A stretch of 64,000 nt of DNA, from the NCBI RefSeq assembly GCF_009914755.1, contig NC_060942.1; one strand, written 5' to 3'. The notes beneath the pieces were generated by a model. The model worked only from the letters and a program-made list of their open reading frames with translations, ran no database searches and was not told the DNA's origin. The translations under genes were made by a program, and so were the position numbers. Below, in pieces: positions 41,915 to 57,315 of the stretch; position 1 is the first letter of the stretch; each line of letters opens with the position of its first letter. This stretch comes from the human T2T-CHM13v2.0 reference genome, Homo sapiens.

Positions 41915-42250
41915 GCCTCATGTGCAGGGTGATTCAAGCTTGTAATCCTACCACTTTGGGAGGCTGAGGCAGGCAGAACACTTGAGCCTAGGTGTTCAAG
42001 ACCAGCCTGGGCAACATGGAGAAACCCCGTCTCTACAAAAAGTACAAAAATTAGCTAGGTTTGATGAGGCATGCCTGTAGTCCTAGCTACCTAGGAGGCT
42101 GAAATGGAAGGATCACCTGAGCTTGGGGAGGTAGAGGCTACAGTGGGCCGCGATCATGCCACTGCACTCCATCCTGGGTGACAGAGTGAGACCACATCTT
42201 AAAAAAAAAGAAAAAGAAAAAGAACAAAAAGAAAAAGACAAGAAAAGAAA
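41915..42250 (+). mobile_element. AluJ-like
   Basis: cacttgagcctaggtgttcaagaccagcctgggcaacatgg, ggatcacctgagc, gaggctacagtg; A/G-rich tail. Confidence 0.92.
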
Positions 42251-44141
42251 TGGACAGAAATAAAAGGAAAATGGAAAACTATAAAATTAGATTTGAGGGT
42301 TTTAAACACAATTCTCTGAGGAACTTGTTGGTAGACCATAAATAACTAGTAAATACAAAGATGATTTTTAGCAAACATTTTTTGAGTTCATAGAAATGAC
42401 TGAAGAATGCAATGCTGCTCTTCATTTTGTTGGAGAACTGGACAGAACTAAAAGAAAGCTCTAAGTAAAATTAAAATTCTAAGTAATTTAAGGACAAAAT
42501 AACATATTCATTATTCACAGATCCTATAATTGTTGGCAAAAAAATATCCAAGGGAAGAGAATATACAAGCAGTCCATTATAACTAATAGGATATTTCAGT
42601 ACAATTATTGAAACCAAAATGATCAATATAAAGAAAAATTGGTGGTATTTCCACACGAAAGTAATGATTAGATATGTTAATTTCTAAAAATACAGCAATT
42701 TATAATTGCATCTACAAAGAACCTAGAAATAAATATAACAAAAGATGTATAGTTTACAAAAACAATTTTGAAAAATTATTGAAGAAAATATAATAGTATC
42801 AAAATCACTGGAGAGATATATACTGTCTCAATCAGTGGGAACTTTTACTGTAGCAAGTATGAAAATTCCCTCATAAATTTATCCATAAGGAGCACACAAT
42901 TTTATTAAATCTCCCAACAATTTTTCCAGTGCAATCTGACAAACTGATCATATAATTTATTTGAAAAGTGTTACCACTAAAAACAGCCAAGACTATTTTG
43001 GAAAAATTAATTATTGGGACCGAGCCAAGAAAAACTTACTTTAAAACAATAGTTATTAAAACAGTATGGTAGGTAATAGACAGTAGACCAGATGAGAGAG
43101 TGCCAAAGCATAAACACATAGAGTACAATATGGGAATTTATTATGTGATATAGGAGGCATTGCAAGTAAGTAGGGAAATGACAGCCAATTCAGTAACTGG
43201 ATAGTGACAATTTACTTTCCTTATTAAAAAATCTAATCCCATTCAAATGGATTAAAATACAAAAATGTTTTTAAAAAAATAGACAGTTTTAAAAGAAAAT
43301 CTATGAGAATATCTTCTTTATACCAATTTAAGATAATGTTTTAAATAAAACTTTAAAGTAATACATTACAAAGGTTAAAACTGATTTTTGTTTACAATAA
43401 ACTAATAATGAGCTATTCCCACATGACTACCCAATGAACTAATATAAATTATCTAGAACATATAAAATTATTCACAATCCCTTAAGAAAGGTGTTTTAAA
43501 ATAAGTAAAGGACTTAAATAGGCAATTCAGAGAAGAAATCTACTGGCAAACAAAAACCAAAAACCACACCACCTAACTTTACTACTAATAAAAGAGATTT
43601 AAATCAAAATATTTAAAATTGCATACATGTCAGATGAACAAAATTAGATAAATATGATAACCACGTTTGGTGAAAACCTTAGGAATATAACCTTTTATAA
43701 ACTGCAAATATCAGTGTACTTTGGTACCACTATTTTGCAGAGTGATTGGATGAAATGCAGGGAAGTCAAAACTGTCTATAGTTTATGATACATATATTCC
43801 AATTTCTGGCATCTTACCTTAGAAAACATTTGTTTGAACATGTGCTGATGGAGATTCATACAAATATGTTTATTGCAACACTGTGGAAAACTGAAAAATA
43901 AATGGGAGAGTGTGCTTTGCTTATCAGTCTGGTAAAGAAAAATATCTAACATTATTCTTATAATGAAGCAGTATATGAATGCTCTAGATCAACTTATATT
44001 AAAATAAATAGATCTAAAAACAATACTGGGTAAAAGAAGTTGAAAATTTACATACATTTTTAAGCCAAACAAGCTGGTACCATATATTGTTTATGGAAAA
44101 TTTTATATATAAAGAAAAAATATAAAAGCACACAGGAGGCT

Positions 44142-44158
44142 GGATAGATGGATGGATG

Positions 44159-44192
<34 letters not shown>
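44142..44192. repeat. (GGAT)n(GATA)8 tetranucleotide STR
   Basis: Read directly. Confidence 0.95.
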
Positions 44193-44994
44193 AAGACACA
44201 CACACAGATATATAAGCATCAGAATCATGGCTGCCTTTGGTGAATGGAGAAACGCAAATAAATGTTATGGGTAACTGGGCTTGTTTTGTTCTATTTCATT
44301 AAATTTGAAAGGGAAGATTTTGGAGGAGCTTTAAAACTGCTCTTCTTTTATGTATATGACAGTGATGAATTTCACAATAACTGACTTGGCTTTGGTCTTT
44401 CCTCTCATGAAGAAGCGGCTTCAGAATGACCAGTGAGGCTGGGCACCGTCGGGGTTCTGCAGAGAGTTACATTGCAAACTCTGGAATAAGGGTTTCCCTA
44501 CCTGAGGCAAGGATCACACTAGAGCTTCTGTGTGAACAGATCATATATGAGAATCATTTGAATACCGCAAATCTCAGGAGACTCAACATTCCCGTAATAC
44601 CTGCTCTGTCTTGAGGAGTTCATTAGAAAGTTATTCTACTGAGAAAATATTGAACTCATTCTCTATTTTTTTTGGATTCTCATCCTACTTTTTGAAGAAA
44701 AACAAAGTTAATTATCGTACAAGACAGTCCTTTTGCTATATGAAGCCATGCACCTTAATATTTTCTCCAACCTGCTTTTCAACAGACTAATATACAATAC
44801 TTGCAGACCCCTCATTCCCCTCTGCACTCCACAGACTCCTGTTTTTAATAAGTGCTTTCTGGAAAAGGGAGAAGTCCTGCAGAGAGGGATGTATGACACT
44901 AACCTTTTTAAGTCTGTTCCTTCCTACACTTTACCTAAAGCAACATCTCTGGAAGAGTGAGCTGGTATTTCAGCTCTGATGCATTTTTTAATCC

Positions 44995-45413
44995 ACCAGG
45001 TTATGACCTCCGGTGGATGCCCAAAGCCGTGGCTAGTACTGAACCCTATATATGCTACGATTTTGCCTATACATACATACCTATAAAAAGTTTAATTTAT
45101 GAAGTAGGCAGAGTACACTAGTATTTTTGGACCATTATTAAGCAAAATAAGGATGACTTGAACACAGGTGCTGCAATAGCATGACAGTTGATCTGAACAC
45201 CAAGACTGCTATGAAGTGACTCATGGACAGGAGGGTAGACAGAGTGGAGACACTGGACGAAGGGAGGATTCACATCCTAGGCTATTCCAAATGGTGTATT
45301 ATAATTATGAATTGTTTATTTCTGGAATTTTTTATTTAATATTTTTGGATCACAGTTGACTATAGGTAATCAAAACTGCGAAAAGTGAAACCTTGTATAA
45401 TGGGGGACTACTG
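44995..45413 (-). mobile_element. MER44 (Tigger7-derived)
   Basis: Ends aaagtgaaaccttgtataatgggggactactg, the reverse complement of the CAGTAGTCCCCCC terminus; internal attgtttatttctggaattt. Confidence 0.8.
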
Positions 45414-46549
45414 CATTACAAAATGATTTAGCAGTGGGTGGTTATGGGAGAAAAGCTTTAGCCATTGCTATCCTATTGTGCATACAAACAGCCTGCATCC
45501 CTCCATACATATTTATATAAGCAGGAGACTTGGGTGATTTTTTTTCATATCATGAATAATTTTAACACTACAGACGTTTGACTTTGAATCAACAACTAGT
45601 TTCAGATGAACGTAATTGCAGCCAAAGAAAGTTTCTAACTAAAATTAGTTACTTTTCATTTTTAACAAACTACTGCCTGCTGCATTTCCTGTGATCTCGG
45701 CTTTCATCTTCCTCTCATGGAGTCACATGTAACAATGATTCCTTCACTTCCGTGTCTATTTTCTTCTTGGCTTCTCGAAGTGTAAAACTTGCAGTTCCTC
45801 CTGCCAAATGACTTTCCAAGGCTGTGCCTAGGAGATGCCAACCCAACTCACGCTCACACTTGTTCCCATATTACTTACCTTCAGATTTCAATGGCCACGA
45901 GTCCCTTTGCCCTTTCCATGTATTCAAGAAGTGGAATATGAGCTTCACACAAAAACAAGCAAACAAATACACTGTGAGAGCAAGATTTTAAACAAGATGT
46001 CTGGGTACAGCTTTAGGCAATGTGTTAAGTGTTTTTAAGAATTATATCTCATTTAATATTTATAAAATTCTCTACAGGAACTATGACTATTCCTGTTTTA
46101 CAGATGAACTGAAGCAATGTTCTCATGGCTTACCATTGAATCCTCCAACTACAATTAGTTTATTTGACCCCTTGGCAGCTAGAAAACACTGTATCCCTTT
46201 TGGATCCAGTCATGACTGTCTCTCTACCTAGCCCTGCTCTGGTACGTCATACTGACTTTTAATCAGAACTTCCCTAGTTTGCATGGATGACCTACTGTCA
46301 GATTGAAAAATATGAAGAGTTAGCCCTAGGCTAACACATCTCATGGCCTCCTGCTCCACAGATAAAGCTTTATCATGACCATGGTTGGTGGGTGAGAGAT
46401 ATGTTAGGGATTTTATTTGAAAAACTGTTTTCTCTTGGGTTCCAGCCCTTTCTCCTCTATCTTCTTATCAGCTTAGGAAATCCTGTATTCTCAGCATGAG
46501 AGAACCTTTGACCAACATTTCTCATTCAACTGCTTAACACCAATTCTTG

Positions 46550-46750
46550 AAGGCTGTGTGGAATTGGGTTTAAAATATACTCTCTGGGGTCTGAGAGTTT
46601 GGCCTCAAATTCCAGCTCCACTACATAATAGACCCAAGAATTTACAAAATATCTCATCCTCTGGGCCTTGGTTTCCTTATCTGTAAATCAGGAATACCAG
46701 AAACACTTACTTCGTATGCTGTGGGTAGGATAAGATGTAGAGAAACTCTT
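46550..46750 (+). mobile_element. MIR
   Basis: ctcaaattccagctccact...cctctgggccttggtttccttatctgtaaa (MIR core). Confidence 0.75.
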
Positions 46751-48289
46751 AATTTAGTTTGAAATAGTAATTTATTCTGAATGGAGGGCATGGTTTAGAC
46801 TTGGCTGTTAACTTCAAAGTTCTTTTTACTGCAGTTACTCATGGTTCTTACAAGACCATAAATATTTGACATTTGACAGTATCTCATTTAATTTTTATGA
46901 TAAGCAGTAGGCAAGTTATCTATAAAGTTGCCTGCTACTGAAATACATCTTATATCTATAGAAGACAATGCTAATTCTGGTAGATTTATATACTGCACAG
47001 GAATAACAATTAGAAATACTAAAGAAACATTTATTATCCATTTGGCCCAATGTTGCTCTTCTTACCTTCTACAGTGGTCAAAGGGAACACTTTATTTTAT
47101 AGAAGTTGGTAGTGGGCAAACAAAAAATCTGACAACAATCCTGATATTATCCAAACTTCAGTTTTCTCATCTGTTTTTGAGGAAGCTGAGTTAGAACTTA
47201 AGCAAATGTAGCCAAAGTTTTCTCCCTTGTTAGATTCAAGTCTCCATGACTATGATTATGTTTTCTATCTTATTCAGAGTTTAAACAAACTTTTATTTTG
47301 TTGTTGCCTAAAAAAGAACACAAAATGTATTCTAGATGGCATATATGTTTAATTGAGTTTACTTTATAAAATGTTTGCAAAGATAAATAAAAGGTAACAG
47401 CATTAATGTTTCCGCTTTAAATTTGAGTTTATTTACATTATATATTATGGTTCCTAGTGAATTTAATTTTGGTTCTAAGAAAATGTCCTTGGATGGAAAT
47501 GTGTGAGAGCTGCGATGTGTGGGAATTAATCCGTTTCCCAGAGGGTGAGGGTGGTCATGGAGGAGGCTGATCCCTGAGGGTACAAAGTGCCTATTGTGCT
47601 GGAGCAAGTGGGGTTGCCTGAGGCGAATTCAAGAGCTGGGACCATTACCGACACCATGATAGTTTGTGCACTGTTAGCCAGATGTGGAATCTTGCCTCAT
47701 TAAATTCTCTCTTTTGAATCCAGAAGCTCAGTCCTTCGACTGTGCCATTTTTCTTCTTCTGTGCAACTGATTAACTCAAACTTATAATACAACATAGAAA
47801 TAATTTACTCTACCCTGCTACCCCTGCAAACGGTGTTTTCTATCTTTGTGCTCTGACCAGCAAAGTCCTTGCATGCATGCAATCATTCCTACAACAACCC
47901 ACGCACTGAGAACCTCCCCCACAGCGTTAAGTATGGAGAAGACAGCTTCTGCCTTCATCCCTTCACTCGACAGTGAAAGTGAGAAATCCAGCCATCTATT
48001 GCATTGCATGGAATTAACTCATTAACTATTGCTCAGCATAGCCCCCTGTTTTGGGTGGGCCAGGGTGAGCTAGAGAGAGATGGGGTCAATATTTGCTTCA
48101 CAGATTTCCAATCTTCAGTATAAGGATCCCTCAATTTTGATTTCAAACTGGGTGGGAGCCAGGCTACAAGTATTTAGCCTGACACTCAAGGATTTGCAAG
48201 AAATGGTCCAAGACATACTATGTTTATTCTACATTAAAATCTGGCACACTACTCTCTCTAAATAATTCTGTGCTTGAGTAAATAAACTA

Positions 48290-48590
48290 TTGTACCCCAA
48301 ACATGTCCAAGCCTTTCTTATTGCTTTGCCTCTATTTGAGGTATTTCTCTTCGTAATGTTCCACTTCTAAAATTGTGATTCTTTAGACTTTATTTCCCTG
48401 TCATCTAAAGTGGTATAACCTATTTGCCTTTTTAAATTAAAATTAGGACTTTTACTCAGTATTGTAACGTGCATAACAGTTTTTCTCCAAGACTGTAAGC
48501 TTCTTGAATACAGGAACAACAATTTGTTCATGTTTTATCCTCAAAAATGCCTAACCTAGTGCCTTACAGGCAGTGAAAACTTGTATTTAA
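48290..48590 (+). mobile_element. L2 3' fragment
   Basis: aagactgtaagcttcttgaatacaggaac...tgcctaacctagtgcct. Confidence 0.65.
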
Positions 48591-49259
48591 TTGCTAACGG
48601 AGGCAATGAAACTTTAATGCATGAGACTTTGTGGGAGCCTGTAGTCATGGCAGGTAGAAAATATGTGGGTCAGTAAATGCTGTGATGATATTCACGGCCT
48701 CTCTTAAGACTAGATAGTCCAGCCAACTGGACTCCATCTCATTATACTTGATTAGTCCTTCTGCTAATATATAACTAAGTTTTATCAATCTCAGTATCCT
48801 CCAGCTGGGACATCATTTACAGATGAAATGGAAACTGCATTAAATACAAGCAGACGAAAAAACTCAAGGAGTTCGCCTGTTGCCATGTTACCATTTTTCC
48901 CACATTTAGAAACAAAACAGGGGCTCTGACTCTGGTCACAAAAAACTCCCACCAGTGTAAATTCCCTACCTTCCACACTCTCCTTTTCCTTGCAGCCTTT
49001 TCTCCCCATGTCCCTGGCACTCTGTTTCTGCACAATAAGTCTTGCTTTTCAGTGTCTCCCACTACAGTGACTCACCTAGGGCTATGTATTCGAGGTGTTC
49101 TGGTCTGCCCTGAAACACCCTTATCTACTTTCACCTCTTGAAATCATTCTTATCTAGAGAGATTTTTCATTTCAAGAAGACATACTATGTTTATTCTGCA
49201 GAATATTTATCTCATAGCACCTTCCTAAAAATAGTGGAGCAGATTAATAAAAAGAAAAT

Positions 49260-50880
49260 AAACCTATAACACAGTAAAAATGGTGTGGTGACCTCAGAGG
49301 AGTGGAAACCATGGGAGAGGAAACCATGGGAGAACCATAAAAAGAGAAAAGCAGAGGATAGGATTAAAGAGGAAGCCACAGTCCAGGGTAAGCAGGAGAG
49401 AGCCTGTAACAGAGACACGCAGAGAACTATTTCCTAACTGGTGGAACTTAGAGCAAGCGAAGGAGAGGGGCACCAAGCAGTGTGATCAGTTGGGTTGTCA
49501 GAATGAGAGCAGTCAGAGGCACGGTTACCGATTACCCCACTGCCCTCATGTTGTGAGCAGTACTGGGCTGATTGCTCCCAAGAAGGAACACACGCTCCAG
49601 GATCTTGGACTGGAGACGAAGCAGCTCTCAAGGGGCTGGTGATGCTTTGTGGGAAATAAAGAGCACCCAAACCACTAACTGACAGTCTGTTTTTCCCCTT
49701 TCTGACTCTGTCTGCATGCATTGTAGAATGCAAGACAAAGCAGGATCTCTGGACCATAACCCCAAGAAGGCAGCATGATCCAAAGTTGCAGCAAATAGAG
49801 GTACAAAGCACTACAGCTACAAAAGTGCTGACAAAATGAAAGCTCCCTACAATTTGTTAACAAAGACAGTGCATTTTGACAGATTAAATAAGTTATAGCC
49901 AAGGAAATACTCCACAAAACATAAACATAAACATAACAAATTTTCTGGGAAGGATCAGAAATAACATTTCGTCTATACAAATGGGATCAAGAAAATAGAA
50001 CTAACTAGAGAGCTTGAATATAAAAATAATAAAAATTAAATACTCAGTTGGTGTCATCTTACACAAAATGGGCACAGCAGAAAAGAAAATTAACGATGTA
50101 AAAAATCTTGCCTATAAAATTTTTCAGAAAGCTTCATATAAAGTCAAAGACATGGAAATTGTGCAAAAAAAAAAGTGTCAAGAGATATAAAGGAGCCATT
50201 ATCATTAGGCTTGGAAATTTGAGGCATTCCTCACATTTAGAAAAACTAAAAAGCTAAAAAGTATGTGTGTGTGTGTGTTTCTCTCTATATATATACATAT
50301 ATATAAAATAATTTAAATAGATATGAATTATATATACATATGTACAGAATTAGATTATATAATTACATATATAAATTATATATACATAATTGTGTATTAT
50401 AAATAATATATAATACATATATATGTGTAATCTATACTGTCATATATTTACATAGGTCATATAATATATGTTTAATATTATGTATGTTTAAAATAAGGTA
50501 GTAAAGAATGACTAGGCCAAGAACAAAAAGAAGAAAATTATCCAGGACTTTAAAATGCTATTTTTACTAGATAATATGTATGTCAACTTCATAAGACACA
50601 GCAGAGAATTTGAGAAGTGCTGCTGACATTCATGGGAGGCTACAGGATCGAAATACTAACAGTTGGAGTGCAAGCCCACCATGAGGAGGATCCCTGGTAA
50701 AACCCAAATACATCAAATTATCCATCAAACAACTCTCAACAAATCTAAAGACCTGAAATTGTAAATAATAATACTAATATATATACACTCTGACATAATA
50801 CAATCAAGCTGGAAAACAACATCAAACTGATAATTAGATATATTTAGTCATTAAGAAACATACATCAAATAATGTACCAA
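49260..50880 (+). mobile_element. Old L1/HAL1 5' region with ORF1 remnant, interrupted by TA-rich low complexity (50262-50490)
   Basis: 50020-50190 resembles the L1/HAL1 ORF1 coiled coil (ggcacagcagaaaagaaaattaacgat...aaagacatggaaatt). Confidence 0.5.
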
Positions 50881-53160
50881 TAATAGAATTTGCCATAACT
50901 ACTAATCAGTTCTAGCCACTCTGAAATTGGCAGTAGTGGATAAAATAATCAACCAATTTAATCCTCTTAAAAATTCACTTCCTTTTCTTCAATTAAAAAA
51001 GATACATTTATTTTTCCTTATCATTAATTTTTTGTTTTTCATTGTAAATAAAATGTCAATTTGTTGTTATTATGTAGATATCACCTAGTTTCATCCAGAT
51101 GATAGGTAAATGAGAAGGAAGCATTTGTTACTGTATGCTAACTTGGGGTTCAATTTTCTTTCAGCAAATGGGGAAGAAATTGTGTTAGCATTTTTGATTT
51201 GTCAGAGTTTATGAAATTATGTGTTAGCTTAACTTAGCTTCTACCTGTGCCAACAATAAATGTCACTACCAACCAGCAGCCCCAATGTTTTATCAGTTCA
51301 TTTACATCTTTGGACTTAGAATTCACTTCCTTTCCTTATTATGCATGACTTATTAAGTATGTATTACTACCATGAAAATGTACCAATTATGTAACAATCA
51401 CCTCACTCCCAGGCCTCTACTGAGTCCGTTTCTATAAATTTATGGCTATATTTTCTTGTTACAAAAAACTCTAAGTAAAATAAACTGATTTAGAAATGGT
51501 AATAATCGGCCCCAGCTACCCTACGCCTTGAAATTTTATGCAGACGTGGATTGGCAAGATTTTACACAATTTTGTTTGTCTATTAGGCATCCTATTAAAA
51601 AAAAACCCTTAACTCTCTATTTATATATTTATAATTGGTCATGGTAATGTTTATTTCAATTTACTAGATCTTTAAAGCTATTATGGCCAACTTGTATAAT
51701 TACAAGACTAAGCTAAATAGTGGAGATTTGGGCCATTCCTTGGATGTCTGTACTAGTGGTGTTCAGCCCTGGAATCTTGACATTTATCATTATGAGTTCT
51801 GAGACATATCGTTAATAACAGAATTGAAGCACTACAACTTGTCAAAACTTAGAGTGAAATTAAGGTCATTCACATATCATGATTTATGATAAAATACTCA
51901 CTAGCTCGCCCCTGAATCTTTCTTGGAGTGATATTAACGTAAGAGATACAAGTCCAAAATTGCACTTATTTAGGAAGGAGTGCAAAAAGTTTGAAAACGG
52001 AAGGACAACACAATCATAATATTTTAATGACTAACAGATTATCTGCCTGTTTGGTGTTGTATGGGGGTACACATGCCTTATCACTTTTCCTTATCTTTCC
52101 TCCCAGAGTGTATAAGTCCGTATTGATGTCTGAGACACTGTTAACTTGCATTTTATATAACTTATGTAACTTAATCAATAGATGCACACAATTGGAATAA
52201 GAAGAACACAAGCAGCAATCGTTTACTGTATTCACAAATATTTCATAACCTGGAACATCCAAATAATATGACCTTTTATTTTGCCTATGACTCTAAAAGC
52301 AAATGATTTATTTCTAAAATCTAGACAAGAGCTATCTTGGAAACTGGTGACTGCAGTTTCAGAGAATTATGGCGAGGTAATATTAATTTTTTCAATCAAG
52401 GTCCTCATATCTTGTTAGTAGTATCTCATCACATTAACATATTAGCAGTATCCCATTGCATTGTATTAATATTCATATCATATCAGAATTTATTGTTGCT
52501 TATACAGTGTTAAAGTCATATTGCATTAGTGACTTTCATATCAGATTAGTAAAAGTGGATCCTAACAAGACTTTCATATTCAATTACTAAGGTAACAGTT
52601 TTGTCTTTCCAAGTCACTTCTAACTCAAGCCCAGAGTACAAATTGATGAATGTGGTAATAAGGTAATCTTTCTGGCTGAAGATGGATGGCACCTGGGACC
52701 GATGGGGCTGTGAAAATAAGACTTGAATAAAGGGGCCGCAACTGACAGTAAAAGTATTCAACGCTTTGTCTACACAGCAGTGTTTCTGATGCAAAGAATT
52801 CATGAACTTAGGAAGCTAGAGATCTAAACTTGCACTTTATTAATTTACATCCTTTCTCTATCATCCTATTTCATCTTATTGATTTGGGCCACAATAAAAA
52901 GTGATGGGGGGGGGCATGAGAAGCACAAATGAAAATTGCTCGTGAAAGTAGTTCATGGCTTCTATTTTTTAGTATGCTTTCCCAGAAATTATTTGAATTT
53001 AGAGGGACTTTCACCTGGCACTTAGATGGGTAGGTAAGATATGCTGAGACAGATAAATCTTCTAGGAATACCTCAAATAATTCTACATAGTTATTCAAAT
53101 TATTAGATTAAATGTAATTTCAACATCTATTGCAGGATATAGAAGAAATGGGAACTGTGA

Positions 53161-53503
<343 letters not shown>

Positions 53504-53552
53504 ACTTTTTTCAACTTTTAATACTAACTTCCGTTTTCAACATCTGCTACAT

Positions 53553-53589
53553 CACACACACACACACACACACACGCACACACACACAC
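53553..53589. repeat. (CA)n microsatellite
   Basis: Read directly; one CG interruption. Confidence 0.9.
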
Positions 53590-53919
53590 GCCCCTTTGGG
53601 TGGGTGTCAAAATGGGCAAGTTACTGGAACCTATGTGGGCACTGAGGCAGGACCAGAGGGCAAATCAGTCATAAACTTCACTTGGTAGGAGATGCCAGGA
53701 TTTCTTCATCAACAAAAAAAGCTTATATACATACATACACATAAAACATGTGTTATATATCTGTAGGTATATGAGTGGATGTATATATATTTAAAATAGT
53801 GTTTTGTAATTATTTTGTGTGTTTCTACCTGCAATCTTTGGACCACCAATTTATTAGACAAACTTCCTAAAATTCCTCCTTCCTTACCTCTCTTTTTAAA
53901 GCCACTATAATCTTTTCTA

Positions 53920-54400
53920 AAGACTTAACCCCTTCTCTTTTCAATTTCTTCTCTTAGTATATGTTAACATCTTCAAGTTTATTCTAATGGGGGGAATCTT
54001 TTCTTTGTCGACTCAACAATTCTCCCTCATTATCATCTTCCTATTTCTTTATGGAGCCACACATTTTTAAATACCTAGACATTTATGGTTCAACATCATT
54101 GCTCATCAGCCCACTGCAGTCTGACTTGCATCCCAAGCACCCAGTGGCATGTTCCTTCTTGTGATCAACAGTGGCCTCCAGGATGTTAAAACAATAGGAC
54201 ATGTTCTCAGTCTGTAAATATTGATGTCTCTGTCCACTGGTCACTTGTTCAACCTCAACCTCCTTGTTTGAACTTTGGTATTTTGGATTTTGTGGCATCA
54301 ATTTATTCTGGATCTCCTCCTATCTCTTTATCTATTTGTTTTTACTTGGTTACTGGCCACAGCTCCAAGCACTTCTCTGTTCTGCTCACCAACTGAATTG
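53920..54400 (+). mobile_element. L2 fragment
   Basis: cagcccactgcagtctgacttgcatccc...tcaacagtggcctcc...ttctcagtc...ctggatctcctcctatctc. Confidence 0.6.
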
Positions 54401-54419
54401 GTTGGATGCCATTCTTCTA

Positions 54420-54510
54420 GCTTGATGGTTTCAAACTTTAGTGTGCATGAAAATCACCTGGAGAACTTGTTAAAATTCAGATTGCTGGATCCCACACCCA
54501 TCAATTTGAA
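54420..54510 (+). mobile_element. MER5A fragment
   Basis: gtttcaaactttagtgtgcatgaaaatcacctggagaacttgttaaaattcagattgctgg. Confidence 0.75.
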
Positions 54511-54987
54511 GTGGAAAAGTAGGAGCCATTTTGTCTACCTATAACAAAGTCCAACTTGTTTTTAAATCATATCTGAAGGAGCTTTCTCTCTTGTAGTTTT
54601 CTTGACCATTGATTACCTATATTAAGCAATAGCTTCCTTCATGTTTTTACCTCGAGAAAGATTGTAGTTGAAATACTTACAAGCATCTTTTTTTATTTTG
54701 TAAATATTTTGACAATACTTTTCTCTTTTTTCCAAAATTTATTCTTAATTTATTTGAAAGAAAATGCTAGAGAACACGCAAATTTGGTATTACTTCTCAC
54801 ACCAATGGATACATATTTTCCAGAACTACAAAAGAGTTTAGCTAGATCATCTATTGCTAAGAATTACCAAGTGTTTCATAAGGAGAGGGTGACAATAATA
54901 AAGAAATATAGAGAACACTAATATAATTTTGATATATAATTATTATTTTCTGGGTGAATTCTATATGAGATAAATACCCTACATACA

Positions 54988-55160
54988 TAGGGGTGTGTCT
55001 ACATTCTGTGGGACTTAAAGCTTATACAAATTGAGGATCCCTCTTTAGAAAACCAGATAGAAAATTATGGACACAGAATTGCTAGAGATTTTCCTAGGGA
55101 CAATGGAGAAAATAAGAGGTCCTGAAGCATTTGTTTAATGACTTTCTTTGTAGATATATT
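54988..55160 (+). mobile_element. MER53-like hAT element
   Basis: taggggtgtgtctacattctgtgggacttaaagcttatacaaattgaggatccctctttagaaa...cctgaagc. Confidence 0.6.
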
Positions 55161-57315
55161 TTTACTCTATACCCTAGAAACACATGGAGGCTACTAATAG
55201 TCCCATGTTATATATTAGGAACTAACGTTCAGAAAGATTACATAACTTTTCCTGGATCTTGCAGCAAGAAGAGGTCAAACTGAGGTTAAAATGAAGGCAG
55301 GTCGAACTGGAAAATCTGTGTTTTAACCCCTTCAGTTTACTACCCATCCACTCTAAGACAAAATTAACCAGTCCTTCCTGTGAATACTCACTGATGAATG
55401 GCAGTCCCCTCTTCAAAAGCTGATAGTTCTCAATTACAGCACTGAATTCTGAATTCTCACTCAAAGGCTTAAAATGCTCTTCATACTAGCAATACCTTCT
55501 ATGTTAGCTGTTGCTCTTTATTTACGTAACATAAACTGCTTTCCAGCCTGTGCTAATTCTATGTTCAGAGCAAAATCACACCACATTCCATTCTGTTATC
55601 CATGGGGCTACTCTTACAGAAGATCATGCCACTCTCCAATGTCCAGGCCAAACCTCATTTTTATATTTTATTAAACAATCCTTGACACCCTCATGGTTCA
55701 TGGCAATTTTCTTTTTCTTATTGTTTTCTAGGGGCCTGTAGGTCTGGATGCTTACTCCTTTTGCAAAATATCAGTAGCTGCACTTTCCCCAGTTCAGAGC
55801 TTCACCTGTAACTGCACAATAAACAAAGTGAAGAGGATAGTAATTTCTTCCCCCTGCCCTTAGTGCTGCTACACAGTGCCTGGACCATGAGGAACCACAT
55901 GGAGGTACTCACTAAGGCCATGCTGGCTACATAGCTTTGACTCACACTGTGGGGATCATCGTACATTTACATTTTCCTTAGAAGACTGTCAGTTAGATGG
56001 CATCATCAAAGCCTCCAAGTCACTGAAGGACTCAGAGTACTGGTTCATTTTAATCTTATAATTATAAGTACATCTATTTGCAAACTCAGCTATGAAATTT
56101 ATGAGCCCATTGGATTAAGCAGCTTCCTTAGCTGGTATTATGAGGGCTTCCAGAAAGTGTCTCCTACTTGCTGGGTACTTTTCTTTTGTAGAAAAAAAAA
56201 AAAAGTAAAGTATTTGAGTTTGGCATGGAGGGTTAATCATTTCACCTCTGCGACAGCAGAAATCCCTCCGAGATTTCCGTTACCCTCTGCTTTAATAAGC
56301 TTGCTCCCTCTACTTCTTATACAGACCTGGCCCTGCTGCTTTCTGAAGCAGTAGATCTGGGGATCTGGTCATGCTGAAACAGAATCCGCACTAGTGCAGA
56401 ACACAATGGTGATTTAGAGACTTTGTCTTTAGGGCGCAACAAAGACGCTAGAATCTCTTTTGATAACATTATCTTCTTCCTTTGTAATTTCTTTGCAGAA
56501 CACTTTTTGAAAATTGAGATCCTTTTATCTTAGAGCCAGAGATCTTAGCTTCGACCCAGTTGCCCTTTAAATATGAATAAGAGCTTGTATTGAATGCTAC
56601 CTGTCTTATATTTGCCTGGTCTACTTGACTGCATAATATTTTGAGGTGCTTGAAAGACAGCTTTCTTCTCTTATCCTCAGTGAATAATTTCCTTTACAGC
56701 CTACAGGAGTTTAAAGCCATATTTTCCATATTTTTCATCTTACTGGCTAGGCCCAAGTTATAAAGGTTATCAGAATTACAATTTGGATTCATTTCTTGTC
56801 CTTTGGTTAGAAGAGCATTATTTGAATTATAAACTATTGTTTCAAAAAATAAGAGTTACATTTTAGTTCTGCTCTCCTATGGTATTTAATCAAGGACTCC
56901 TTTGTCCATCAATGTTTATTTGCATTTATATTACACTATTCAGGTAGGAGTGTGTGAATGTGTCACACACACACATGCACACACACAATCTCTTTCTGCC
57001 ATCCCCTATCTTTCTATCCAAGTGCTAAAATGGTACCAGTGCTAGAGTAGAGTGGAATTGAACAAACACCAATGTGTCTAACTTTGAATATTGGCAACAT
57101 CAAACAATTAAAAAAACACATTTATTGTGAGACAGGATTAGCAGCAGTAGCCTCCATTATGAACATTTTACTTTGGCATCAGTGTTTCTGAAGCTATTTT
57201 CGAGCCTAAATTTCATAACTATACAATCAAATTAGCAGTGTTAATTATTTGAGAGGGTTCGAAGTGGACTTTTTGATGAAACATACCAGGAAAACCTGCT
57301 AAAACAAAATTCATG

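Larger units (their letters stand above)
41345..44330 (+). mobile_element. Fragmented old L1 (L1M/L1ME): 5' region, ORF2 and 3'UTR pieces
   Basis: gtttctagcaaaatggtggactaa (5' end-like), acctagaaataaatataacaaaagatgta, ctgacaaactgatc, aacagccaagactattttggaaaaa, aaatgggattaaa, aaataggcaattcagagaaga. Confidence 0.7.

Noticed and set aside
49314-49348. Short tandem duplication ggaaaccatgggaga (similar cases at 2878 and about 8960)
   Set aside because: Ordinary slippage duplications with no sign of function.
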